Origin: an uncultured Candidatus Saccharibacteria bacterium
GTDB taxonomy: Bacteria > Patescibacteriota > UBA1384 > XYA2-FULL-43-10 > 1-14-0-10-43-13
Direction of reading: 5' to 3'
Length of the DNA stretch: 64,000 nucleotides
Assembly: GCA_964628585.1 (NCBI GenBank)
Contig: CAZVMH010000001.1
Location: 210-64,209, forward strand
Below, in pieces: positions 38,467 through 48,011 of the stretch. Position 1 is the first letter of the stretch. Every line of letters starts with the position of its first letter. The notes beneath the pieces are model-generated. The model worked only from the letters and a program-made list of their open reading frames with translations. It searched no databases and was not told the origin of the DNA. The translations under genes were made by a program, and so were the position numbers.

Positions 38467-38868
38467 ATGGAATCAAAGACTATAAAAAAAAGCAGATACA
38501 TTTTTGGATCTGTTTTTTTGACGATAGCTTTGCTTGCGATTGATCGAATATTCTTAACTACTGCGACAATAAATGATAAATTCATTTTTGGTTTGGCTGG
38601 GGATAATATTGTGGCGATATTCATATCGGCTTTAATACTGTTATTGATATTTTTTCTAATTATCCGAAAAAATCCAAATCAATATTTTGCTTTCTCGCTG
38701 CTTTCAGCTGGAGTACTCTCAAACATCATCGAACGAATCATCTACGGAGGAGTGGTGGACTACATTAACATATTGTCTATCCCAACTTTTAACTTGGCCG
38801 ATATTCTAATCATTGCTTCGCTAGTACTGCTAATATTTTCGATTACAAATAAAAAAATCTCCCATTAG
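38467..38868 (+). CDS. lspA: Lipoprotein signal peptidase (signal peptidase II)
   Basis: 4 TM helices. 'FNLADILIIASLVLL' conserved Asp box. Confidence 0.8.
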   Translation: MESKTIKKSRYIFGSVFLTIALLAIDRIFLTTATINDKFIFGLAGDNIVAIFISALILLLIFFLIIRKNPNQYFAFSLLSAGVLSNIIERIIYGGVVDYINILSIPTFNLADILIIASLVLLIFSITNKKISH

Positions 38869-38892
38869 ATCAGGAGATTTTTTAAATAATGG

Positions 38893-39234
38893 CTACTTAA
38901 TTTTTTTAACAAGTTCTTTGAATGCTTGAGGATCTTTTTCAATCATCTCTGAAAGCATTTTTCTATTAATATCAATTTTAGCATCGGATAATTTTTTAAT
39001 AAATGTCGAGTAGTTCATGTCGTATGGACGAATAGCGGCGTTAATTCGAACAATCCAAGCGGCTCGAAAAACTCTTTTCTTATTTTTTCTGTCTCGATAA
39101 GCAAACTGACCGGCTTTTAGAATGGCCTGTTTGGCAAGTTTAAAAACGGACTTTCTTCGTCCGGTATATCCTTTGGCTTTTTTCAAGACTTTTTTATGTT
39201 TGGCTCGTCGTACGACGCCTCGTTTTACTCTCAT
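38893..39234 (-). CDS. rplT: 50S ribosomal protein L20
   Basis: 'MRVKRGVVRRAKHKKVLKKAKGYTGRRK'. Confidence 0.95.
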   Translation of the reverse strand: MRVKRGVVRRAKHKKVLKKAKGYTGRRKSVFKLAKQAILKAGQFAYRDRKNKKRVFRAAWIVRINAAIRPYDMNYSTFIKKLSDAKIDINRKMLSEMIEKDPQAFKELVKKIK

Positions 39235-39334
39235 ATGAACTCCGTTTCAGTTATCAGGTTAAAAGTTTATAAGGTTTATAAGGATTATTGGTTCAGAACT
39301 TTACAAACTTTATGACTTTACAAACTTTATAAAC
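39235..39334. repeat. Degenerate short tandem/inverted repeats of GTTTATAAG / CTTTATGAC / CTTTATAAAC units in the rpmI-rplT spacer
   Basis: 'aaagTTTATAAGGTTTATAAGG...aaCTTTACAAACTTTATGACTTTACAAACTTTATAAAC'. A related unit, GTTCATAAAGTTCATAAAG, occurs at 57412-57432. Confidence 0.5.
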
Positions 39335-39517
39335 TTACAAGTATGGTGCTAGTTCTTTAACTTTTTTAATATCGGCTCGGCTAACCTCAAGAGGCATCTT
39401 TGAGCGGGCTCTTTTATGAGTTAGAAGGTGGCTTCTTGAAGACTGCAATCGCAAAAGCTTGCCAGTTTTTGTGGCTCTTACTCTTTTGATAGTTGCTTTG
39501 TGTGTTTTTAATTTCAT
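39335..39517 (-). CDS. rpmI: 50S ribosomal protein L35
   Basis: 'MKLKTHKATIKRVRATKTGKLLR'. Confidence 0.9.
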   Translation of the reverse strand: MKLKTHKATIKRVRATKTGKLLRLQSSRSHLLTHKRARSKMPLEVSRADIKKVKELAPYL

Positions 39518-40059
39518 GATTTTGGTTCTGTTACTGCGCTTGGTTTTTCTTTTTTTGCTGTTAACATTGCGGTAATTTGATTTCCACTCTTATAAGGTCT
39601 GCTTTCATAATCTAATCCTGCCATTTCGGCAAACTTCATAAATGTATCCATTGCCTGATCTGCAAAAATATTTTCTCGACCCCTAAGGCGCATTGAGACT
39701 TTAACCTGATCTCCATCATCAAAAAACTCTTTGGCGTTCTTTGCTTTGTACTCAAGGTCGTGGTCGCCAATTTTAGCAGTGAGGCGAATTTCTTTTAATT
39801 CGACAATTTTTTGCTTGGCTTTTTGCTCTTTCTGTTTTTTAGCCAAGTCATATTTATACTTACCAAAATCCATTATTTTGCAGATGGGTGGTCTGGCAGT
39901 AGGATTAATTTCAACTAAATCTAATCCGCGCTCGTGAGCCATAAATAGGGCCTGTTCTTTGGAAAACGACCCTAAATTTTGCCCGTCCTCATCTATTACA
40001 GCAAGTGGTGAGAAACGAATCTGGTAGTTAGCGCGAAGAAAAATGTCTTTCTTCTTGAT
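39514..40059 (-). CDS. infC: Translation initiation factor IF-3, non-AUG start
   Basis: The ORF track starts at an internal Met (MAHERGLDLVEI). The in-frame upstream sequence encodes the conserved N-domain 'IIKKKDIFLRANYQIRFSPLAVIDEDGQNLGSFSKEQAL' with no ATG. AGGAG is followed by ATC ATC at about 40059-40054. IF3 genes classically use an AUU/AUC/AUA start (established). Confidence 0.8.
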   Translation of the reverse strand: MKKKDIFLRANYQIRFSPLAVIDEDGQNLGSFSKEQALFMAHERGLDLVEINPTARPPICKIMDFGKYKYDLAKKQKEQKAKQKIVELKEIRLTAKIGDHDLEYKAKNAKEFFDDGDQVKVSMRLRGRENIFADQAMDTFMKFAEMAGLDYESRPYKSGNQITAMLTAKKEKPSAVTEPKS

Positions 40060-40137
40060 GATTACTCCTAATATGATAAATTATCATCACTATAATAGCA
40101 AAAAATTACCCTTTGGTCAACAATATTTAATCGGATT

Positions 40138-40971
40138 TTATTTACTTAGCGTTAAATACGCTTTTTGACCATTTAAAATATTGTTTGGGTCCCAATCGTG
40201 AATCGCATTAAATAAAGCATCAAAAGTATACCGAAAGTTTTCACCTTTTCTGGTCCCTGGGTCATTCGTGATAAATCCATTTTTATCGTATCCCTTTATC
40301 ACCAGCATATGATAGTTCGGCCCGCCATTTCTGAAATTGGGGTTTGGCAAGATTTTTCCAGCAGCTGGAATAATTACAGGATTTCCTTTGGTAATTTCTT
40401 TTTTAATATCTTCAACTGAAATATCCGTTTTTACTTTTCCTGTTAGATTGTAATAACTTTTTGCAATCGTATTGAGTTCATTTAAAGTTATACTGGGACC
40501 GTAACTGTTTTTTGTTTCGTAATCAATTAAATCTAAAATTTCTTTTTCCGCCTCATTTTTAGAACCAACGCTGGTTTTATTGAGATAATGAGCAACCATT
40601 ATTATACTTGCCTCCTCACAAGCATCTTCTTGTGTCGCATCCCAGACGGCTAGAGGAGACTGGGTCGTAAAGGACATTTTAATTAGAGCACTTGTTGGCG
40701 GTAGATCGCTTTTTGCCTCTACTGGTGGTGCAACGTCAGCAGTATCAATAGTAGTTTCTTTATTAATTATCGGAGGTGTTTCTTCTAAGGGTTCTTCAAT
40801 TTTTGGAATATCCTGAACTGATTTCTCGGCATTTTTTATCTCATTTTTTTCTGCCCAGGAGCTTCTGTATGAATAAGCCACGTAAGAAAGCACAACAATA
40901 ATTACCAAAAAAACAATAATTCTCCAAAATCGTCCGCTCAATATCTTTTCATTATTAAAATAAATTTTCAT
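40138..40971 (-). CDS. Membrane-anchored peptidase C39-like (papain-fold) domain protein
   Basis: N-terminal TM and Pro-rich linker. 'DACEEASIIMVAHY' Cys box, and a later His/Asp (YHMLVIKGYDKNG). Confidence 0.5.
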   Translation of the reverse strand: MKIYFNNEKILSGRFWRIIVFLVIIVVLSYVAYSYRSSWAEKNEIKNAEKSVQDIPKIEEPLEETPPIINKETTIDTADVAPPVEAKSDLPPTSALIKMSFTTQSPLAVWDATQEDACEEASIIMVAHYLNKTSVGSKNEAEKEILDLIDYETKNSYGPSITLNELNTIAKSYYNLTGKVKTDISVEDIKKEITKGNPVIIPAAGKILPNPNFRNGGPNYHMLVIKGYDKNGFITNDPGTRKGENFRYTFDALFNAIHDWDPNNILNGQKAYLTLSK

Positions 40972-42220
40972 TTTTTACAAATTTCATCATATAATTTTTT
41001 TGACTCTCTGATTGATTCGTTTACTCCGCGATCCTCAGGATAAATATGCGCCATGGTGAGAGAAAAAACATTTTTAAATCTTGTTTGATATTTAATGGTT
41101 TGGTAATTTTTTATATTAATTGGTTGAGCGTATTTGTCTTTGAAAACCAGTGTTGTTGCTATATCTAAATTAATTTGAGGAAATTTTTCTTTAAGATAAT
41201 TTATCCATTCACAGGAAAGATTTTCATTCTTCTTTTTAAAATCTGGATCATGGGGTGAACAATATTTTGAGAGATATAATAAATTATAACCAGAATAACG
41301 ATTCTTATTAACTAAGTTGGTGTGCTCGATAATACAGACAAAAGGGATTTTTTTCTCTAAAATATTTATCCAATAATATGGTGAAAGATTTTGTTTACAA
41401 AGAATTAAAACGCAGATGACACCCAGATATTTATTCTGAATCACGATTTCTTTATTTGAAATTTGATTCAATTCTTCATTTGCAACAGTTGAGATAACTT
41501 TATCAAATTTCTTTCGATCAATCAAAAGTAAATTATCAATTTCTTTTAATTGGCCGACTCGATAGTTTGTAACTATTTTGCCACCATTTTCTAGAATCTC
41601 TTTTTCGAGTGAATCAATTAAAACTTTGAAACCGCCTTCAATATATCCGATTTTATTATTTAATATGGTTGAACATTTTTTTTAATTCTACTAATAAACC
41701 AGGGCGCCCCAACCTTGTTTGAATATTTTCCGAATTTTTTCTCCATCAATATGCCCCAAAGTTTATTCCAATTCTCTTTACCCAGAATTGAATCAAACAG
41801 TTCTTTGGCGGTCAGTCTATTAAAGAAAGAAGTGGGAAGGCAAAGTAAGATCAAGTTTCCAAAAATAAATCTCATGCGCGAGAAAATAGAGATTGGTCTG
41901 TATCGCATAGAATCAGATAGAGAGGAATAGGGGTATATTTTATTCCAAAAAAAATTGGCGGTTTTTGTTTTTTGCCAGCGAATTTTATCTAGAAGGCCCA
42001 ATTCAGTCAAAAGACCAATTAAATGATTGTCACAAGAAAAAAAATGATGATAGTACTTTTCTACATATTTATTTTTTCCAATATTTATTGATTCTAAAAA
42101 TCCGCCCAATGCTTTATTCTTTTCAAAAATGGTGACGGTAAATCCAGCCTTGCTTAAATAAAATCCGATTACGAGACCGCTTATTCCGCCACCAATAATA
42201 GCGATTTTCTTGCCAATCAC
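40968..42220 (-). pseudogene. FAD-dependent oxidoreductase (amine-oxidase/PPOX-like) split by a frameshift at an A8 homopolymer
   Basis: The N-terminal piece (41660..42220) has the Rossmann 'KIAIIGGGISGLVIGFYL'. The C-terminal piece (40968..41525) extends in-frame upstream to 41681 ('...KIGYIEGGFKVLIDSLEKEILENGGKIVTNYRVG...'). The two frames overlap at the A8 run (plus strand T8 at 41676-41683). Inserting one A joins them into a ~420-aa protein. Confidence 0.6.
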
Positions 42221-42984
42221 AAAAACCCCTCTTTTTTGTCAATAACATATAGAGGTCTATTTTTGTTGAAATAAACATCAGGCAAGATCGAAAACACGAT
42301 GCATGCATTAATAGCCAGTTTAATCATTTTGTAAATAGAATAGTGAGATTTTCCGGCTACTCTTTTTTGCCGATCAATTAGGATTTGAGTTTGACTCAAA
42401 TTAAATTGACATATTTGACCACGCAAAAATAGAGTTGAATTTTTTATCTTTAACACTTTATCTATTGCTTTTCGATCCAATAAATAGAAATCGCCAACAT
42501 CAGAAATTATTTTTGAACGAGAAATAATCGAAAGCAGGCGATAAAAAAGAATAGCACTTACTTTTTTAAAAATACTGTCATCACGCGTTTTTCTTTTAGC
42601 AAAGATGATTTTATAACCATCTTTCCATTTTCTTATCATTCTCGGAATAATTTCTGGCGGATCTTGTAAATCGCAATCCAAAACAACAGCACAATTGCCA
42701 TTACAGTGGGCCAGTCCGGCCATAATTGCTGCTTGTTGTCCAAAATTACGACAAAAATTTATAATTTTTATGTTTCTATTTTTTAACTGGGCCAATCTAA
42801 TTTCTTTGATTGTATGATCGGTAGAGCCATCGTTAACCAAAATAATTTCATAAGAAAATTGACTAACTGTCTTTATTAGTTTTTCGATAAATTTTTTGAT
42901 AGATTTTTCTTCGTTGAAAACAGGAGAAATTATGCTTACAAGAGATGCTTTTGAAACTCTATTTTTTATTGATTGAGATTTCAT
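42217..42984 (-). CDS. Glycosyltransferase family 2, polyprenyl-phosphate sugar synthase (GtrB/DPM1-like)
   Basis: 'VSIISPVFNEEKSI...YEIILVNDGSTDHT' and the DXD region 'VLDCDLQDPPE'. 255 aa. Confidence 0.85.
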   Translation of the reverse strand: MKSQSIKNRVSKASLVSIISPVFNEEKSIKKFIEKLIKTVSQFSYEIILVNDGSTDHTIKEIRLAQLKNRNIKIINFCRNFGQQAAIMAGLAHCNGNCAVVLDCDLQDPPEIIPRMIRKWKDGYKIIFAKRKTRDDSIFKKVSAILFYRLLSIISRSKIISDVGDFYLLDRKAIDKVLKIKNSTLFLRGQICQFNLSQTQILIDRQKRVAGKSHYSIYKMIKLAINACIVFSILPDVYFNKNRPLYVIDKKEGFL

Positions 42985-43036
42985 TTGAGTATATAATTAA
43001 GCTAACATACGATCATAAAAAAATAAACACAAACGC

Positions 43037-45922
43037 ATGAACGAAAAAACAAAAAGGCGCGCCACTTTAGATTTGGCTCGAGGAGTAGCGATTTTTTTAA
43101 TGATCTTGGCTCACTCGGTTTATTTCTTTCATGATTACTCAAATTTTGTTCTAAAAGGTTTAGAGAAGGCAGGAAATAGCGTTTGTTTTGTTGCTTTTTT
43201 GCTGTTGTCTGGAACGGTTTCTTGTATCGCATATCTTCAAAAAGAAGATGAACCTAAAAAAAGAATTTTAAGACGTCTAATGGTGCTCGTTCTCGGATAC
43301 TATTTATTAGCTTTTTTTGTACTAATCAAAGATTTTTCCACTGCTTCTGAGCTTTCGAGATTAAAACTCTTTGTTGATGTGATCTCGTTTAGAAATTTGC
43401 CTTCTTATACAGAGTATATTCCGCCCTTCATTGTGTTCTCTGCCCTAATACTTTTGTTTAGGACTGAACTTAAAAAAATCTCACAACGACTCTCTTTAAC
43501 GCTTATGGTGTCTGCCTTGAGCTATGTCTTTGGTAGTATTTTGTATCGCATTTCTGTTCCGAACAGCATCGTTCCCTGGAAGGCTTTCTTTGTTGGTGTT
43601 GATGGTTTTTATCGCTTTCCAATTTTGCAATATTTGCCTATCTTCCTCATTGGTCTTTATTGGGGGAATATTCTTTGCGATAGTGAAATATCAGAAAAAG
43701 AGAAAAAACGTTTTTCTCTTGATGCGAGTGCAATTTTTATTACCGCCATTATTTTATTTGCATCGATAGGAAATTTTTCCAATATTGGCTATGCAGAGCT
43801 TTTTCGACGCTGGCCACCCTCAATCAGTTTTCTCTTTGTTGGACTTGCTTTTATTTTTGGACTCATATATCTAATTCAGAAGTTGAATGATTTTGGAAAA
43901 TACCCCCTTCTAAAAGATTTCTTTTTAGTTCTGGGCCAGAATGCTTTTGCTCTTTTCTGGACTCATATTTTTGTTTTAAGTTTTTACCAAATGGCGGGTG
44001 GAGCAAAAGTAGATTCATTATTTTTATTTATGGTTTTGTTTATTCTTGTAATTGTTACCTCTCTGGCCTTATCCACCTTTATCCCATTTAATTTTAAATG
44101 GGGCTTGAACCTATTTCGTAAATCAGAAGAACTGCAAATTTTTGAAAATGAACCAGTGGTTGCCCTCGGAAATGAGGCTCTTCTTGAAACAAAAAAGGAA
44201 TATTCCCTTTTGAAAAAATTTTTTTTTCCAGTTGATGACAAATCTTTACGAAAGAAACGACTGATCAAAAAACGTCATATTCTAGGTATATCTTTGATTG
44301 TATTTTTTCTTTCAATCGGAACTATCTCCAGCGTTAAAGAGGGGATTGATACTAAAATCAAATCTGTTCAACCAGTCAATTGGTGGAATGAAAAGTACGC
44401 CTTTGCAGAACAAATTTCAATCAAAAACAACGAATCCTTTTTAACCATAAAACAAGGTCAATACCTATCCTTTGTTTTTAACCACCAAGAGATGGTGGAC
44501 AAGAAAAAAGCAACTCTAGCTGGTTCTGATTATAAAATAGTTTATTGGAACGGCAAAAAATTCTTTGAAGATGAGTCATATTTCGAAAAAATTTCTGATA
44601 AAGAGGGAAAAATTACTTTCAAGATTCTTGACGAAATTAATAACAATCACGAAATAAACAACTATTATTTATATAGTGGCAATCCCTTCTCAGAAACGTT
44701 GGTAAAACGAACAATACCCGAATCTTGGTCTTATAAATATTTGACTCGATTTTCGAAAAGTTTAAGTCATCCATATCTTGCGACATTCGGACGACAATGG
44801 TATTTAAGGGGCATCGACAAAGAAATCACGCTTTCTTTCGACCCAGAAAATGCTGATATTCTTGACGCTTACTACATTATAATGCCAACTAAAGAAAAGG
44901 GTCCTTTGAATAAAATGGCTGGCGGGAAATGGCAAGCGAGTATAAATGTTTCAGCATTAAAATCGGGCAGATACGAAGTACAAATTATCGCTAGTAATAA
45001 CGAAAACGAGTATAAGAGCAATAAGACGGGGTTCATGCTTTCAGATCCGATATATGTTGCATGGACTCAAGATTGGGAGGGATATGATGTTTCCGACCAA
45101 TATCTAAGAGCAATGTCTGACATTTCAAGAAAGTATAGTTTGCCTATGACTCATTTTTTTAACCCAAGAATATATATTACGGATGACATTTCCCCCGTTA
45201 GGGCGGATAAATTAACTAGCTGGATCAGAGAACGAAATATTGTGAATGGTGAAGCAATCGGAATGCATCTTCATATGTTTCACGATCTTGTTTCTAATGC
45301 TGGAGTAACAGTTAAAAATGGTCCGAATTGGGGCGATAGGGGCGATGGCTATGGCTCTCTCACAACCAATTATTCTGAGACAGAAATACAAAAAATTATT
45401 GAATATTCTCTCTCCTTATTCAATAAAAATGGACTTTTAAAGCCGACCGCTTATCGATGTGGTGGATGGTTTTGTAATGTTGAAACACTAAAAGCGCTTC
45501 AAAATACAGGATTTCTGGTCGATAGCTCTGGCAGAACGAAGTATTCTTTTGGTTCAAATAATCTTCCTGGCAATTGGGATTTATTGCCGACAACTCTTCC
45601 ATATTATCCCTCTAATCTCAATCAAAATACTAGTGGTACTATACAAGACACAATTAATATTTTGGAAATTCCGAACAATGGAGCGGATTCTTACTGGTTT
45701 TCGTCGACCGATATGATTGCCCGATTTAAAGAAAATTACAATACTCCTATATTAAGCGAAAAAAAACAGGTTACTTTTTTGACTCATCCTCACTGGTTCA
45801 ATGAAAAAGAACAGCAAAAAATTACTGATCTTTTCAATTATGTAGATAACTATTCATATAATAACGATAGCGGACCGGTAGTTTATGCAACATCTAACGA
45901 CATTTATAAAGTATTTAAATAA
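43037..45922 (+). CDS. Acyltransferase-3 membrane domain fused to a large (~650 aa) extracytoplasmic domain
   Basis: N-terminus 'LDLARGVAIFLMILAHS' AT3 motif plus about 10 TM helices. The C-terminal soluble region contains 'GMHLHMFHDLV'. Confidence 0.6.
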   Translation: MNEKTKRRATLDLARGVAIFLMILAHSVYFFHDYSNFVLKGLEKAGNSVCFVAFLLLSGTVSCIAYLQKEDEPKKRILRRLMVLVLGYYLLAFFVLIKDFSTASELSRLKLFVDVISFRNLPSYTEYIPPFIVFSALILLFRTELKKISQRLSLTLMVSALSYVFGSILYRISVPNSIVPWKAFFVGVDGFYRFPILQYLPIFLIGLYWGNILCDSEISEKEKKRFSLDASAIFITAIILFASIGNFSNIGYAELFRRWPPSISFLFVGLAFIFGLIYLIQKLNDFGKYPLLKDFFLVLGQNAFALFWTHIFVLSFYQMAGGAKVDSLFLFMVLFILVIVTSLALSTFIPFNFKWGLNLFRKSEELQIFENEPVVALGNEALLETKKEYSLLKKFFFPVDDKSLRKKRLIKKRHILGISLIVFFLSIGTISSVKEGIDTKIKSVQPVNWWNEKYAFAEQISIKNNESFLTIKQGQYLSFVFNHQEMVDKKKATLAGSDYKIVYWNGKKFFEDESYFEKISDKEGKITFKILDEINNNHEINNYYLYSGNPFSETLVKRTIPESWSYKYLTRFSKSLSHPYLATFGRQWYLRGIDKEITLSFDPENADILDAYYIIMPTKEKGPLNKMAGGKWQASINVSALKSGRYEVQIIASNNENEYKSNKTGFMLSDPIYVAWTQDWEGYDVSDQYLRAMSDISRKYSLPMTHFFNPRIYITDDISPVRADKLTSWIRERNIVNGEAIGMHLHMFHDLVSNAGVTVKNGPNWGDRGDGYGSLTTNYSETEIQKIIEYSLSLFNKNGLLKPTAYRCGGWFCNVETLKALQNTGFLVDSSGRTKYSFGSNNLPGNWDLLPTTLPYYPSNLNQNTSGTIQDTINILEIPNNGADSYWFSSTDMIARFKENYNTPILSEKKQVTFLTHPHWFNEKEQQKITDLFNYVDNYSYNNDSGPVVYATSNDIYKVFK

Positions 45923-48011
45923 CCTTCTTCTGTCCCGAATTTCTTTTCGCTGGTTTTTAGATTTCAAGAACGATTTGGTCGTTTTTTTGCTTGATTATAA
46001 TACTCTTACAATTATTTTTGTCTTTTTTGTATTACTTTTAGTTGCAACCTTTTATTATTTTTTATCTGTAAAAAGAAATAAGAACGCAAACCATAAAGTT
46101 AAAGTGATATATAAGTTATTAAAGTTTGGTCTCGCATTTTTTGGTCTTGTAATTTTATTTTCAGTTGCTGGGGGAGTCATTGCCTCGCCGAAAATTGCTT
46201 CACCTAAAGATCCTTCGCTTGGTGTCTCGGTAATTTCACGCGATAACCCAGTCATTCTTGAGTTTGATCGTCCGATAAAAAAAAGCAGTCTCAAATATTC
46301 AATTGCTCCCGAGGTAAAAGGCAATTGGATCATCAAGCAAAATTATATAACTGGTCAATCGAAGTTGATTTTTGTTCCGACTGATACGCTCTTGCTTGAT
46401 ACAAGATATACTGTTCTGGCCGAAGGGATTCAAAATATTTTTAGTCAAAAAAATAATTATATGTTTTCTTTTCAGACTCCGCCAAAACCAACTGTAATAG
46501 CTGTGACACCACCTGATGGAGACGATGGTATTGCGCCTGATCAAGAAATAATTGTTCAAACAAAGGATTATTACCTAGATTATTTTCAAAATGAGCAAGT
46601 GCTTTTGGATTTTGAGATATCGCCCGCTGTTCCACTGGAAAAAATTTTTTTAGGAGATAATAAATTTAGTCTGAAGCCAAAAGAAAATTTTCAAAAAGGA
46701 ACGCAGTATACATTTACGGTCAATTCAACCATATATCAAAGAGACTATGCCGCTTCTGTCAACACCGAGTTGGAAGCAGAAAAAGAAGTTTGGCGCAGTA
46801 CATTCACGATAACTCAAGCATCCGGTGTAAAAAAATATTCTCCAATGGGAAGCAATGTGATGCCGGATACCTCAATCAGAATAGAATTTAAACAAGATAT
46901 GGATGTAACTAGTGCCGAAGCAGCTTTTTCTATCGAACCGAAAATTGAAGGATCTTTTTATTGGGAGGGAAATCGTGTAATAACATTTAGGCCTAACGTT
47001 TCTATGACTAAAAATACTAAACATACTGTAAAAATTTCAAATCAAGCCAAGACTTGGGATGGAAAGAATATGGAGGAGGCGCTTTCCTTTTCTTTTTCTA
47101 CAATTGGGTACGTGACTATAAGTAGCGTTTCTCCTGTGAACAACGCCAAAAACGTTTTAATTTCTTCGAAAATTAAAATTGTATTTAATCAACCAGTTGA
47201 TCATAATAGTGCCGAGAAGAATATTAGTTTTAACCCTGGTATTGACGGATCATTTTCTTGGTCAAATAACACGTTGGAATTTGTGCCAAAAAGTCTTAGC
47301 TATAATCAAAAATATCAAATTAATCTTGCTGCTGGTATCATTACTGTTTACGGACTTGATTCAAACCAAAACTTTGCTTATTCCTTTACAACCCAAAATC
47401 AGTCGATCTCTCTTGCCGTTCCGTCATATAAGCAGTCTCATATGTATTCCTGTATGGCAACTGCCGCTCGTTCTGCTCTAGCCTTCAAGGGTGTATTAGC
47501 CTCGGAGGATTCGATTTTAAGCCGTATAGGCTACGATACCACAACGTGGTCTGGTAGCTGGAATGAAGCAGGCTCTACTTGGGGCGATCCCGATATTGGA
47601 ATTGTTGGAGACATTGATGGCAAGGCCAATAACATTGGTTGGGGCTATGGTTCCTACTGGAATCCGGTAGTAAATGCAATTGGTTCCTATGGCAAAACGG
47701 CCGATCTTAAATCAGGATGGAGTGTTCAGGGGGTTGCCTCCGAAATATCTGCTGGCAATCCAATCATAGTTTGGTGGGTTAATGGGGTTTGGCCTGCTTA
47801 TGAGCTGACTTGGTACAAAAATGGAAAAAAGATTAGAGCAGTTAACTCAATGCACGTTCAGACGGTTAAGGGTTTTACCGGTACAGTCGATAATCCTTTA
47901 AGTTTTACCGTTACGGACTCTGGCTATGGTTACCCTTCTCAAACCTTTGATACTGCAAGTTTTAAGGCCAAATGGTCCTGGTTTAACAATACTGCTATTG
48001 TGGTTAAATAG
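45885..48011 (+). CDS. Membrane-anchored protein with SbsA-type Ig-like repeats and a C-terminal C39-like peptidase domain
   Basis: TM anchor, then repeated 'SP.NNAKNV...I.FNQPVD..S' Ig-like modules. The C-terminus carries 'SCMATAARSALAFKG' (Cys box) and 'MHVQTVKGF' (His box). Confidence 0.6.
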   Translation: MQHLTTFIKYLNNLLLSRISFRWFLDFKNDLVVFLLDYNTLTIIFVFFVLLLVATFYYFLSVKRNKNANHKVKVIYKLLKFGLAFFGLVILFSVAGGVIASPKIASPKDPSLGVSVISRDNPVILEFDRPIKKSSLKYSIAPEVKGNWIIKQNYITGQSKLIFVPTDTLLLDTRYTVLAEGIQNIFSQKNNYMFSFQTPPKPTVIAVTPPDGDDGIAPDQEIIVQTKDYYLDYFQNEQVLLDFEISPAVPLEKIFLGDNKFSLKPKENFQKGTQYTFTVNSTIYQRDYAASVNTELEAEKEVWRSTFTITQASGVKKYSPMGSNVMPDTSIRIEFKQDMDVTSAEAAFSIEPKIEGSFYWEGNRVITFRPNVSMTKNTKHTVKISNQAKTWDGKNMEEALSFSFSTIGYVTISSVSPVNNAKNVLISSKIKIVFNQPVDHNSAEKNISFNPGIDGSFSWSNNTLEFVPKSLSYNQKYQINLAAGIITVYGLDSNQNFAYSFTTQNQSISLAVPSYKQSHMYSCMATAARSALAFKGVLASEDSILSRIGYDTTTWSGSWNEAGSTWGDPDIGIVGDIDGKANNIGWGYGSYWNPVVNAIGSYGKTADLKSGWSVQGVASEISAGNPIIVWWVNGVWPAYELTWYKNGKKIRAVNSMHVQTVKGFTGTVDNPLSFTVTDSGYGYPSQTFDTASFKAKWSWFNNTAIVVK

